This document shows positions 50,104 through 60,980 of a stretch of 64,000 nucleotides of DNA, piece after piece. This DNA comes from Escherichia coli. Lineage in GTDB: Bacteria > Pseudomonadota > Gammaproteobacteria > Enterobacterales > Enterobacteriaceae. The stretch's first letter is position 1; the number at the start of each line of letters is the position of its first letter. The stretch lies in assembly GCF_965641715.1 (NCBI RefSeq), contig NZ_OZ282453.1; one strand, written 5' to 3'. Both the position numbers and the translations under genes were made by a program. The notes under the pieces were generated by a model. It made no database searches. It was not told where the DNA came from and worked only from the letters and a program-made list of their open reading frames with translations.

Positions 50104-50173
50104 GTGGGATTTCTCCTTTTTACTTGTTTCCCATATCGCCCGGATTGGTTAGCGGCCTTCCGGGCTTTTTGTT
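50068..50173 (+). ncRNA. Candidate countertranscript (antisense) RNA to the rep leader, ~70 nt, with its promoter
   Basis: TTGCCG-N18-TGgTAAAAT (extended -10) at 50068-50097 places the TSS near 50104, abutting the rep ATG. The transcript is complementary to the rep SD (ttctcctt at 50111-50118). It ends at hairpin gcccgga-N14-tccgggc followed by TTTTTGTT (50138-50173). Confidence 0.5.
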
Positions 50174-50317
50174 GCGTTGATCCTATTTTCGATCCCCGGA
50201 TTTTTTATTACAAACTTGGCTTAATCATTGATTTTATTGGTATAGCTGTATAAAAGGATAACAGGATAAAAGGGTGATAGATTGTGTAACCTGTTAACCT
50301 TTTATACCAGTAAGGCG

Positions 50318-50341
50318 AAAGAAAAGCCGGACGAATCCGGC
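50318..50341 (-). terminator. Terminator after the integrase gene
   Basis: Minus strand reads gccgga-ttcg-tccggc followed by TTTTCTTTC. Confidence 0.75.
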
Positions 50342-50349
50342 CTTATAGT

Positions 50350-51555
50350 TCACGGCTCCAGCGGATTACCGCCACCAGCCAATATCTGGTCGATGGCGTC
50401 GCTGTAGTCCTGCATCATGGCCCGCCGTTGCTTCAGATAGGCCGCCTGGTTATAAACGCCGCGCACACCTTTCGGAACGTGGGCCAGTTGGATTTCGATC
50501 CAGTCTGGTGAGTATCTGCCGTACTCGTTAAGTGCGGTTGAAAAGGTGGTTCGCCAGCCGTGACCAGTGGCTATCGACTTGTATCCGATACGCTCCAGGG
50601 CTTTAAGGATGGCACTGGCTGAAAGTGGCTTATCCATGAATCGACCAGGGAACACAAAAGCACTGTATCCGCTGCGGGTAAACTGGTCCTGTAATAGCTC
50701 GACCGCCTGCCGGGATAGCGGGACCACATGCGGGCGGCGGGCCTTCATGACTTCAGCGGGTAGGGTGATGGTTGCCGATTCCAGATCTACCCACTCCCAG
50801 CGCATTAAACGCAGTTCTGCGGTCCTTAGGGCGCTTAATATAAGCAAACGTATTGCCGTCTGAATCTGAACGCTCCCGGCTCTCTCAAGGGCTTTGTAGA
50901 AGGCCGGGATTTCGTTAATTTGTATCCATGCGTTATGGCCTGGGCGTCGGGCTTTCAATGCCGTGTCCAGATCTGCAACCGGATTTCGGTTAACCAGTTC
51001 AGTGATAACGGCAAATTTGAAGATTTCCCCTATACGCTGCCGTAATTTTCGGGCCTGTTCCGGCGCGGTGCGCTCTTTCTTCTGAAGCAATGCCAGCACG
51101 TCACGGGCCGTTATATCGACAATCGACCGCTTGCCAAGTACCGGATAAACATCTTTCTCCAGTGCCGATCTAACTTGTTTCGTGTAAGACTCAGACCAAC
51201 CGCTCACTCTGGTAGCAAACCAGTCTTCCGCTACCGTCTTAAAACTTGCCGCCATGTTGAGCGCATCAATGGCTTTCTCCTTGCGCGCTTCTTCCATTGG
51301 GTCAATTCCCTGGGCGATGAGTAAACGGCTCTCTGTGGCGCGTTTACGTGCTTCCTTCAAGGTAATCAGCGGATATACCCCAATAGCCTGTAACCGCTCT
51401 TTCTTGTCTATCCAGTACCGGAATCGCCAGTATTTGCTGCCATTGGGATGTACCAGCAAGAACAGGCCAGGTGTCTGTGAATCGGTGAGTTTGTAGGGCT
51501 TGTCCTTCGGCTGGGCGGCCTCTATGCCCTTTGCTGTCAGTGGTGTCTTGCTCAA
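50350..51555 (-). CDS. P4-family tyrosine integrase (N-terminal arm-binding DUF4102-type domain), 401 aa; occupies the position of K-12 intZ
   Basis: TTG start with a GAGGT RBS. KPYKLTDSQTPGLFLLVHPNGSKYWRFRY is the typical P4-integrase N-terminus. C-terminal catalytic residues are present: ...HGWRTTFST...LAHV...GVYNQAAY. Confidence 0.9.
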   Translation of the reverse strand: MSKTPLTAKGIEAAQPKDKPYKLTDSQTPGLFLLVHPNGSKYWRFRYWIDKKERLQAIGVYPLITLKEARKRATESRLLIAQGIDPMEEARKEKAIDALNMAASFKTVAEDWFATRVSGWSESYTKQVRSALEKDVYPVLGKRSIVDITARDVLALLQKKERTAPEQARKLRQRIGEIFKFAVITELVNRNPVADLDTALKARRPGHNAWIQINEIPAFYKALERAGSVQIQTAIRLLILSALRTAELRLMRWEWVDLESATITLPAEVMKARRPHVVPLSRQAVELLQDQFTRSGYSAFVFPGRFMDKPLSASAILKALERIGYKSIATGHGWRTTFSTALNEYGRYSPDWIEIQLAHVPKGVRGVYNQAAYLKQRRAMMQDYSDAIDQILAGGGNPLEP

Positions 51556-51557
51556 AA

Positions 51558-51604
51558 CCGGATACCTCGATCTAACGACTCGATAACCCCGCTCATGTAT
51601 CCGT
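51558..51604. repeat. GTATCCGG-type motifs near attR (candidate arm-type sites)
   Basis: ccggatac (inverted) at 51558-51565, overlapping the int RBS, and gtatccgt at 51597-51604. Confidence 0.35.
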
Positions 51605-51717
51605 CGCGTTCGGTTGCGTTCGGCAGGATAAGTAACGGGCGTATTAAGTGGAACACCTTACAGGACAAGGGATAACGATGAAATAGAATTGTTCGAATGC
51701 TGTGAAAAATGTTACTC

Positions 51718-51732
51718 ATCACTTCTTCCTGA
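51718..51732. repeat. attR (element-borne imperfect copy of the eutA 3' end)
   Basis: atcacttcttcctga, followed directly by gggaacgacttATG of eutB, the expected uninterrupted eutA-eutB junction. Confidence 0.7.
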
Positions 51733-51743
51733 GGGAACGACTT

Positions 51744-53105
51744 ATGAAACTAAAGACCACATTGTTCGGCAATGTATATCAGTTTAAGGATGTAAAAGAG
51801 GTGCTGGCTAAAGCCAACGAACTGCGTTCGGGGGATGTGCTGGCGGGCGTCGCAGCGGCAAGCTCACAGGAGCGCGTGGCGGCAAAGCAGGTGTTGTCGG
51901 AAATGACCGTAGCGGACATCCGCAATAATCCGGTGATTGCCTATGAAGATGACTGCGTGACGCGGCTGATTCAGGACGATGTTAACGAAACGGCCTACAA
52001 CCAGATTAAAAACTGGAGCATCAGCGAACTGCGTGAGTATGTGCTGAGCGATGAAACCAGCGTGGACGACATTGCCTTTACCCGCAAAGGGCTGACCTCG
52101 GAAGTGGTCGCGGCGGTAGCGAAGATTTGCTCCAACGCGGACCTGATCTACGGCGCGAAGAAAATGCCGGTAATCAAAAAGGCCAATACCACCATCGGTA
52201 TTCCGGGCACCTTTAGCGCCCGTTTGCAGCCAAATGACACCCGTGACGACGTGCAAAGTATCGCCGCGCAAATCTACGAAGGGCTTTCCTTCGGGGTGGG
52301 CGATGCGGTGATCGGCGTCAACCCGGTAACTGACGATGTGGAAAACTTAAGCCGCGTGCTGGATACCATTTATGGCGTGATCGACAAATTCAACATCCCA
52401 ACTCAGGGCTGCGTACTGGCGCACGTCACCACCCAGATCGAAGCGATTCGTCGCGGCGCGCCTGGCGGACTGATTTTCCAGAGTATCTGTGGCAGCGAAA
52501 AAGGGCTGAAAGAGTTTGGCGTGGAACTGGCGATGCTCGACGAAGCGCGCGCAGTGGGCGCAGAGTTCAACCGTATCGCCGGGGAAAACTGCCTCTACTT
52601 CGAAACCGGACAAGGCTCTGCGCTATCCGCTGGCGCTAACTTCGGCGCTGACCAGGTGACGATGGAAGCACGTAACTATGGGCTGGCGCGTCATTACGAT
52701 CCGTTTATCGTCAACACCGTGGTCGGTTTTATTGGGCCGGAGTATCTCTACAACGACCGCCAGATTATCCGTGCTGGCTTAGAAGATCACTTTATGGGCA
52801 AGCTGAGCGGCATCTCTATGGGCTGTGACTGCTGTTACACCAACCACGCTGACGCTGACCAGAACCTCAACGAAAACCTGATGATCCTGCTCGCCACCGC
52901 AGGCTGCAACTACATCATGGGGATGCCGTTGGGCGATGACATCATGCTCAACTACCAGACCACCGCCTTCCACGACACTGCCACTGTGCGTCAGTTACTC
53001 AACCTGCGCCCGTCACCGGAGTTTGAACGCTGGCTGGAAAGCATGGGCATTATGGCAAACGGTCGCCTGACCAAACGGGCGGGCGATCCGTCACTGTTCT
53101 TCTGA
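51744..53105 (+). CDS. eutB: Ethanolamine ammonia-lyase large subunit
   Basis: ORF track starts at 51702, inside the island. The true start is MKLKTTLFGNVYQFKDVKEVLAKANE at 51744, 453 aa. Confidence 0.95.
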   Translation: MKLKTTLFGNVYQFKDVKEVLAKANELRSGDVLAGVAAASSQERVAAKQVLSEMTVADIRNNPVIAYEDDCVTRLIQDDVNETAYNQIKNWSISELREYVLSDETSVDDIAFTRKGLTSEVVAAVAKICSNADLIYGAKKMPVIKKANTTIGIPGTFSARLQPNDTRDDVQSIAAQIYEGLSFGVGDAVIGVNPVTDDVENLSRVLDTIYGVIDKFNIPTQGCVLAHVTTQIEAIRRGAPGGLIFQSICGSEKGLKEFGVELAMLDEARAVGAEFNRIAGENCLYFETGQGSALSAGANFGADQVTMEARNYGLARHYDPFIVNTVVGFIGPEYLYNDRQIIRAGLEDHFMGKLSGISMGCDCCYTNHADADQNLNENLMILLATAGCNYIMGMPLGDDIMLNYQTTAFHDTATVRQLLNLRPSPEFERWLESMGIMANGRLTKRAGDPSLFF

Positions 53106-53125
53106 TGACGCGGAGATAACACATC

Positions 53126-54013
53126 ATGGATCAAAAACAGATTGAAGAAATTGTACGCAGCGTGATGGCGTCAATGGGACAAGTGGCCCCCGCGCCGTCA
53201 GAAGCAAAGTGCGCCACCACCAACTGTGCGGCACCGGTGACCTCGGAAAGCTGCGCGCTGGATTTAGGTTCTGCGGAAGCAAAAGCGTGGATTGGTGTTG
53301 AAAACCCACATCGTGCGGATGTGTTAACAGAACTGCGTCGCAGCACCGTGGCCCGCGTTTGTACCGGTCGTGCCGGTCCGCGTCCGCGTACCCAGGCGCT
53401 GCTGCGTTTCCTGGCCGATCACTCTCGTTCGAAAGATACCGTACTTAAAGAAGTGCCGGAAGAGTGGGTGAAAGCGCAGGGCTTGCTGGAAGTACGCTCT
53501 GAAATTAGCGACAAAAATCTCTACCTGACTCGCCCGGATATGGGCCGCCGCCTGTGTGCAGAAGCTGTTGAAGCGCTGAAAGCGCAGTGTGTTGCCAATC
53601 CGGACGTGCAGGTCGTTATTTCTGATGGCCTGTCAACTGATGCCATCACTGTGAACTACGAAGAGATCCTGCCACCGCTGATGGCGGGCCTGAAACAGGC
53701 CGGGCTGAAAGTCGGTACACCATTCTTTGTTCGTTATGGTCGCGTGAAGATTGAAGATCAGATCGGTGAGATCCTCGGCGCGAAAGTGGTGATCCTGCTG
53801 GTGGGGGAACGTCCGGGGTTAGGGCAGTCAGAAAGCCTCTCCTGCTACGCCGTTTACTCGCCGCGTATGGCGACCACCGTTGAGGCCGATCGCACCTGCA
53901 TCTCTAACATTCACCAGGGCGGCACGCCGCCGGTTGAAGCCGCAGCCGTCATTGTGGATTTGGCGAAACGTATGCTGGAGCAGAAAGCATCCGGCATCAA
54001 CATGACCCGATAA
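53126..54013 (+). CDS. eutC: Ethanolamine ammonia-lyase small subunit
   Basis: 295 aa, [17 protein letters not shown] encapsulation-type N-terminus. Confidence 0.95.
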   Translation: MDQKQIEEIVRSVMASMGQVAPAPSEAKCATTNCAAPVTSESCALDLGSAEAKAWIGVENPHRADVLTELRRSTVARVCTGRAGPRPRTQALLRFLADHSRSKDTVLKEVPEEWVKAQGLLEVRSEISDKNLYLTRPDMGRRLCAEAVEALKAQCVANPDVQVVISDGLSTDAITVNYEEILPPLMAGLKQAGLKVGTPFFVRYGRVKIEDQIGEILGAKVVILLVGERPGLGQSESLSCYAVYSPRMATTVEADRTCISNIHQGGTPPVEAAAVIVDLAKRMLEQKASGINMTR

Positions 54014-54022
54014 GGAGGCATC

Positions 54023-54682
54023 ATGCCAGCTTTAGATTTGATTCGACCGTCGGTAACCGCCATGCGGGTGATTGCCTCCGTTAACGCCGAATTTGCGCGT
54101 GAACTGAAATTGCCGCCGCATATTCGTAGCCTCGGGCTGATTTCTGCTGATTCCGATGACGTCACCTACATTGCCGCTGATGAAGCGACCAAGCAGGCGA
54201 TGGTGGAAGTTGTGTATGGCCGCTCGCTGTATGCGGGCGCTGCACACGGCCCGTCACCGACTGCCGGTGAAGTGCTGATTATGCTTGGTGGGCCAAACCC
54301 GGCGGAAGTGCGTGCAGGTCTGGATGCAATGGTTGCGCATATTGAAAATGGCGCTGCTTTCCAGTGGGCTAATGATGCGCAAGATACGGCATTCCTGGCA
54401 CATGTAGTTTCGCGTACCGGTTCTTATCTCTCATCAACCGCCGGGATCACGCTTGGCGATCCGATGGCGTATCTGGTGGCACCGCCGCTGGAAGCGACCT
54501 ACGGCATTGATGCAGCGTTGAAATCTGCCGACGTACAGCTGGTGACCTATGTCCCGCCACCGTCTGAAACTAACTACTCGGCAGCATTTTTAACCGGTAG
54601 CCAGGCAGCGTGTAAAGCGGCCTGTAACGCCTTTACCGATGCAGTGCTGGAAATCGCGCGTAATCCAATCCAGCGTGCGTAA
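54023..54682 (+). CDS. eutL: BMC-T (tandem-domain) shell protein EutL
   Basis: 219 aa, [20 protein letters not shown]. Confidence 0.94.
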   Translation: MPALDLIRPSVTAMRVIASVNAEFARELKLPPHIRSLGLISADSDDVTYIAADEATKQAMVEVVYGRSLYAGAAHGPSPTAGEVLIMLGGPNPAEVRAGLDAMVAHIENGAAFQWANDAQDTAFLAHVVSRTGSYLSSTAGITLGDPMAYLVAPPLEATYGIDAALKSADVQLVTYVPPPSETNYSAAFLTGSQAACKAACNAFTDAVLEIARNPIQRA

Positions 54683-54694
54683 TGGAGGTTGCCG

Positions 54695-55195
54695 ATGATC
54701 AATGCACTGGGATTGCTGGAAGTGGACGGCATGGTCGCTGCGATAGATGCAGCGGATGCCATGCTCAAAGCAGCTAACGTTCGTCTGCTCAGTCACGAAG
54801 TGCTTGACCCTGGTCGCTTAACGCTGGTGGTGGAAGGCGATCTGGCGGCGTGTCGTGCTGCGCTGGACGCAGGTTGTGCTGCCGCGATGCGTACCGGGCG
54901 TGTCATCAGCCGTAAGGAGATCGGTCGGCCAGACGATGACACCCAGTGGCTGGTTACTGGCTTTAACCGCCAGCCGAAGCAACCCGTAAAGGAACCCGAC
55001 GCGCCAGTTATCGTCGTGGAATCTGCTGACGAGTTGTTGGCGCTGTTAACATCAGTACGTCAGGGAATGACGGCAGGAGAAGTGGCTGCCCACTTTGGCT
55101 GGCCGCTGGAAAAAGCCAGAAATGCGCTCGAACAGCTCTTTTCTGCCGGGACGTTACGTAAACGCAGTAGTCGTTACCGTCTCAAGCCCCATTAA
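54695..55195 (+). CDS. eutK: BMC shell protein EutK with C-terminal nucleic-acid-binding-like domain
   Basis: ORF 54689-55195; start at MINALGLLEVDGMVAAIDAADAMLKAANV, 166 aa. Confidence 0.9.
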   Translation: MINALGLLEVDGMVAAIDAADAMLKAANVRLLSHEVLDPGRLTLVVEGDLAACRAALDAGCAAAMRTGRVISRKEIGRPDDDTQWLVTGFNRQPKQPVKEPDAPVIVVESADELLALLTSVRQGMTAGEVAAHFGWPLEKARNALEQLFSAGTLRKRSSRYRLKPH

Positions 55196-55240
55196 CCTGT
55201 CGGAGGTGCCGGGTGTCCTACAACACCCGGCATTAACATC

Positions 55241-56293
55241 ATGAAAAAGACCCGTACAGCCAATTTGCACCATCTTTATCATGAACCCTTACCCGAAAAC
55301 CTGAAGCTCACGCCGAAGGTCGAAGTGGATAATGTTCATCAACGACAGACAACGGATGTCTATGAACATGCTTTGACAATTACCGCCTGGCAGCAGATTT
55401 ACGATCAGCTGCATCCGGGCAAGTTTCATGGTGAATTTACGGAAATTCTACTCGATGATATTCAGGTTTTTCGTGAATACACCGGTCTGGCGCTGCGTCA
55501 GTCGTGCCTGGTCTGGCCGAACTCGTTCTGGTTTGGCATTCCGGCGACGCGCGGTGAGCAGGGATTTATCGGTTCGCAATGTCTGGGAAGCGCAGAAATT
55601 GCGACGCGCCCGGGTGGAACCGAGTTTGAATTAAGTACGCCGGACGATTACACGATCCTGGGCGTAGTGCTTTCTGAAGATGTCATCACTCGTCAGGCTA
55701 ACTTTTTGCATAATCCGGATCGGGTATTACATATGCTGCGTAGCCAGTCGGCGCTGGAAGTGAAAGAGCAGCATAAAGCCGCTCTGTGGGGCTTTGTCCA
55801 ACAGGCGCTGGCGACATTTTGCGAGAACCCGGAAAATCTTCATCAGCCTGCTGTGCGTAAAGTGCTGGGGGATAATTTGCTCATGGCGATGGGGGCGATG
55901 CTGGAAGAAGCGCAGCCAATGGTGACGGCGGAAAGCATCAGTCATCAGAGTTACCGTCGATTGCTTTCCCGCGCCCGTGAATATGTGCTGGAAAACATGT
56001 CCGAACCAGTGACGGTGCTGGAGTTGTGCAATCAATTGCACGTCAGCCGCCGCACGCTACAAAACGCATTTCACGCCATTTTGGGCATTGGTCCGAACGC
56101 GTGGCTGAAACGTATTCGCCTGAACGCCGTGCGCCGCGAATTGATAAGTCCGTGGTCACAAAGCACAACGGTAAAAGACGCCGCCATGCAGTGGGGATTC
56201 TGGCATCTTGGGCAATTTGCCACGGATTATCAGCAACTGTTTGCCGAGAAGCCGTCACTGACGCTGCATCAGCGGATGCGGGAGTGGGGGTGA
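55241..56293 (+). CDS. eutR: AraC-family activator of the eut operon
   Basis: 350 aa, C-terminal AraC HTH ([34 protein letters not shown]). Confidence 0.94.
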   Translation: MKKTRTANLHHLYHEPLPENLKLTPKVEVDNVHQRQTTDVYEHALTITAWQQIYDQLHPGKFHGEFTEILLDDIQVFREYTGLALRQSCLVWPNSFWFGIPATRGEQGFIGSQCLGSAEIATRPGGTEFELSTPDDYTILGVVLSEDVITRQANFLHNPDRVLHMLRSQSALEVKEQHKAALWGFVQQALATFCENPENLHQPAVRKVLGDNLLMAMGAMLEEAQPMVTAESISHQSYRRLLSRAREYVLENMSEPVTVLELCNQLHVSRRTLQNAFHAILGIGPNAWLKRIRLNAVRRELISPWSQSTTVKDAAMQWGFWHLGQFATDYQQLFAEKPSLTLHQRMREWG

Positions 56294-56298
56294 GGGAG

Positions 56299-57201
<903 letters not shown>

Positions 57202-58071
57202 TTACCGCTTTCTCGAGTGTGCTTTCTGGTTGTCAAACCAGTGGAAATAACTGATCACGCCTTCGGCAATCGCTGTGGCGATTTTCTGGCGAAACGCCGC
57301 CGTGCCTAACAGCCGCTCTTCTTCCGGGTTGGTGATAAACGAGGTTTCCACCAGCACCGACGGAACCGACGGCGATTTCAACACCACAAACGCGGCTTGT
57401 TCGGTGTTGCGGCTGTGCAGTTTATGCACCGGCTTAATCTTTTTCAGAATATGCGAGCCGAGCGTCAGGCTGTTTTTAATAGTATCGGTTTGCACCAGAT
57501 CAAACAGCACTTGCTGCAATAGGTGATCCTTGTCAGTCGCCTTTTTACCGGCAACTTCATCGGCGCGGTTTTCGCGTTCAGACAGGTATTTCGCCATTGC
57601 GCTACTTGCCCCACGGTTAGAGAGGGCAAATACCGAAGCACCGGCAGCTTTCGGGTTGGTAAAGCCATCGGCATGAATTGACATAAACAGATCTGCGCCA
57701 TGTTTATGGGCGATTTCAACGCGATCGTAAAGTGGGATAAACGTATCGCCAGAACGCGTTAAACGCGCATCAATCCCATGATTACGCAAAATGGAACGGA
57801 CGTTTTTAGCAATCGCCAGCACCACATGTTTTTCTTTCGAACCGTTGCGTCCGATCGCTCCGGTATCAATTCCGCCGTGGCCTGGATCGAGAACAACGAC
57901 ACGTTTGCCGCCAGATTTTTTGGCTTTCGGCTTGCTGTGTCCGTTGCTGGTTTTTAAAGGTTCGTCTTTGGCGATGGCTTGCGACATTCCTGACAACGTC
58001 AGGGCAGCCAAACCGGCTTTCAGCACCTGGCGGCGCGAAGTGAGTGTTTTTAGTGGTTTAAAAGTGCTCAT
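57202..58071 (-). CDS. amiA: N-acetylmuramoyl-L-alanine amidase A (Tat-exported)
   Basis: 289 aa, twin-arginine signal SRRQVLKAGLAALTL. Confidence 0.95.
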   Translation of the reverse strand: MSTFKPLKTLTSRRQVLKAGLAALTLSGMSQAIAKDEPLKTSNGHSKPKAKKSGGKRVVVLDPGHGGIDTGAIGRNGSKEKHVVLAIAKNVRSILRNHGIDARLTRSGDTFIPLYDRVEIAHKHGADLFMSIHADGFTNPKAAGASVFALSNRGASSAMAKYLSERENRADEVAGKKATDKDHLLQQVLFDLVQTDTIKNSLTLGSHILKKIKPVHKLHSRNTEQAAFVVLKSPSVPSVLVETSFITNPEEERLLGTAAFRQKIATAIAEGVISYFHWFDNQKAHSRKR

Positions 58072-58284
58072 ACGGCCTGAGTTGTAATAATAAAGTTCCA
58101 GATGTTATATCGTATCGCGTAATCCGTTACGACGGTTTGATGTTGAGAATTGTTTTACTTTTCATTTCAATAGTTGACAACTCCCCATTATGCCACTTTT
58201 TCAACCGATTTTCGTCAGATATTGGCTAATTCGACCGTTCACGCCATAATCAGCCTTTTAACCCGCAAAAAGGTAACGAATACC

Positions 58285-58710
58285 ATGGAGATACGCGTAT
58301 TTCGCCAGGAAGATTTCGAAGAGGTCATCACCCTTTGGGAGCGTTGCGACTTGCTGCGTCCGTGGAACGATCCGGAAATGGACATCGAGCGTAAGATGAA
58401 CCATGACGTCAGTTTGTTTTTGGTCGCTGAGGTAAACGGTGAAGTGGTCGGAACGGTGATGGGCGGTTATGACGGGCATCGCGGGTCTGCTTATTATCTT
58501 GGCGTGCATCCAGAGTTTCGTGGGCGTGGGATTGCCAATGCGTTGCTTAATCGGCTGGAGAAAAAGCTGATTGCTCGTGGCTGCCCGAAAATTCAGATCA
58601 ATGTGCCGGAAGATAACGACATGGTGCTCGGAATGTATGAACGCCTGGGATATGAACACGCCGACGTGCTGAGTCTGGGTAAGCGTTTGATTGAAGATGA
58701 AGAGTACTGA
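58285..58710 (+). CDS. ypeA: GNAT acetyltransferase YpeA
   Basis: ORF 58174-58710; start at Met38 ([23 protein letters not shown]), 141 aa. Confidence 0.9.
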
Positions 58711-59146
58711 GTTCCATCCTGTCCATTATGATGCGCACGGACGCCTGCGTTTACCCTTGCTCTTCTGGCTTGTGCTATTGCTTCAGGCGCGAACCTGGGT
58801 GCTGTTTGTCATTGCCGGTGCGTCGCGCGAGCAGGGTACTGCGCTGCTAAATCTGTTTTATCCCGATCACGATAATTTCTGGCTGGGGCTGATTCCAGGC
58901 ATTCCGGCGGTGCTGGCGTTTTTGTTGAGCGGTCGGCGGGCTACATTTCCTCGCACTTGGCATGTGCTCTATTTTCTGTTGCTGTTGGCGCAGGTGGTTT
59001 TACTTTGCTGGCAACCGTGGCTGTGGCTGAACGGTGAATCCGTTAGCGGTATCGGTCTGGCGCTGGTAGTGGCGGATATTGTGGCGTTAATCTGGCTGCT
59101 GACCAATCGACGTTTACGCGCTTGTTTTAATGAAGAAAAAGAATAA
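58697..59146 (+). CDS. yfeZ: Inner-membrane protein YfeZ
   Basis: ATG at 58697 ([29 protein letters not shown]), 149 aa; overlaps the ypeA 3' end. Confidence 0.88.
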
Positions 59147-59167
59147 CGCAGAGGTGCGCTTTGTTTA

Positions 59168-59267
59168 TGCCGGATGCGGCGTGAACGCCTTATCCGGCCT
59201 ACAAAACATCGAAAATTCAATATATTGCAGGAGAAAGTAGGCCTGATAAGCGTAGCGCATCAGGCAA
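59168..59267. repeat. BIME (two inverted REP units)
   Basis: gccggatgcggcgtgaacgccttatccggcctac ... gtaggcctgataagcgtagcgcatcaggc. Confidence 0.85.
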
Positions 59268-59352
59268 TTTTGTGTTTGTCATCAACCTTTAACGGCACTT
59301 TTTGGTGAATTTGCACTCCAAGCAACGTTATTGAATAACCAAAGGAAGTGAC

Positions 59353-59928
59353 ATGAAATCGCTGCGTTTAATGTTATGCGCTATGCCGTTGATGCTGACC
59401 GGCTGTTCCACGATGTCGTCAGTTAACTGGTCGGCCGCTAACCCGTGGAACTGGTTTGGGTCGTCCACCAAAGTGAGCGAGCAGGGCGTGGGTGAATTAA
59501 CGGCGTCCACACCACTGCAAGAACAAGCCATTGCTGATGCGCTTGATGGCGATTATCGCCTGCGCAGCGGAATGAAAACCGCGAACGGCAACGTGGTGCG
59601 CTTTTTTGAAGTGATGAAAGGCGACAACGTGGCGATGGTGATTAACGGTGATCAGGGCACGATCAGCCGCATTGATGTGCTGGATAGCGATATTCCAGCT
59701 GACACCGGTGTTAAAATCGGTACACCGTTTAGCGGCCTTTACAGCAAAGCATTTGGCAATTGCCAAAAAGCCGACGGTGATGATAATCGTGCTGTCGAAT
59801 GTAAAGCCGAAGGCAGTCAACATATTAGCTACCAGTTCAGCGGGGAATGGAGTGGCCCTGAAGGGTTAATGCCTTCGGACGATACCCTGAAAAACTGGAA
59901 AGTCAGTAAAATTATCTGGCGGCGTTAA
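59353..59928 (+). CDS. yfeY: Lipoprotein YfeY (DUF1131)
   Basis: 191 aa, lipobox MLTGC|S. Confidence 0.9.
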   Translation: MKSLRLMLCAMPLMLTGCSTMSSVNWSAANPWNWFGSSTKVSEQGVGELTASTPLQEQAIADALDGDYRLRSGMKTANGNVVRFFEVMKGDNVAMVINGDQGTISRIDVLDSDIPADTGVKIGTPFSGLYSKAFGNCQKADGDDNRAVECKAEGSQHISYQFSGEWSGPEGLMPSDDTLKNWKVSKIIWRR

Positions 59929-59939
59929 TTTGCGTCTGA

Positions 59940-60923
<984 letters not shown>

Positions 60924-60946
60924 GCGTTTCTGATTCATTGATTAAA

Positions 60947-60980
60947 GGCCAGCCAGTAACACAACTGACTGGCCTTTTTA
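60947..60980. terminator. Bidirectional terminator between convergent yfeX and yfeW
   Basis: ggccag(c)cagt-N6-actg(a)ctggcc stem flanked by AAA and TTTTTA. Confidence 0.7.

Larger units (their letters stand above)
40533..51732 (-). mobile_element. 11.2-kb integrative island at the eutA/eutB junction (CPZ-55 position). It encodes an integrase, a Rep-like protein with iterons, AlpA, an orphan tape-measure gene and a cargo module.
   Basis: The insertion interrupts the otherwise contiguous eutA-eutB pair. It is flanked by direct repeats ending in CTTCCTGA. All ORFs are on the minus strand, and the tyrosine integrase sits at the right end. Confidence 0.9.

Noticed and set aside
51702-51743. N-terminal extension of the eutB ORF (MKNVTHHFFLRERL) reaching into the island across attR, as a possible fusion protein.
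   Set aside because: The extension has no RBS and crosses the att core. The native eutB start (MKLKTTLFG) at 51744 matches the conserved N-terminus, and the native eutA-eutB junction sequence sits directly upstream of it.
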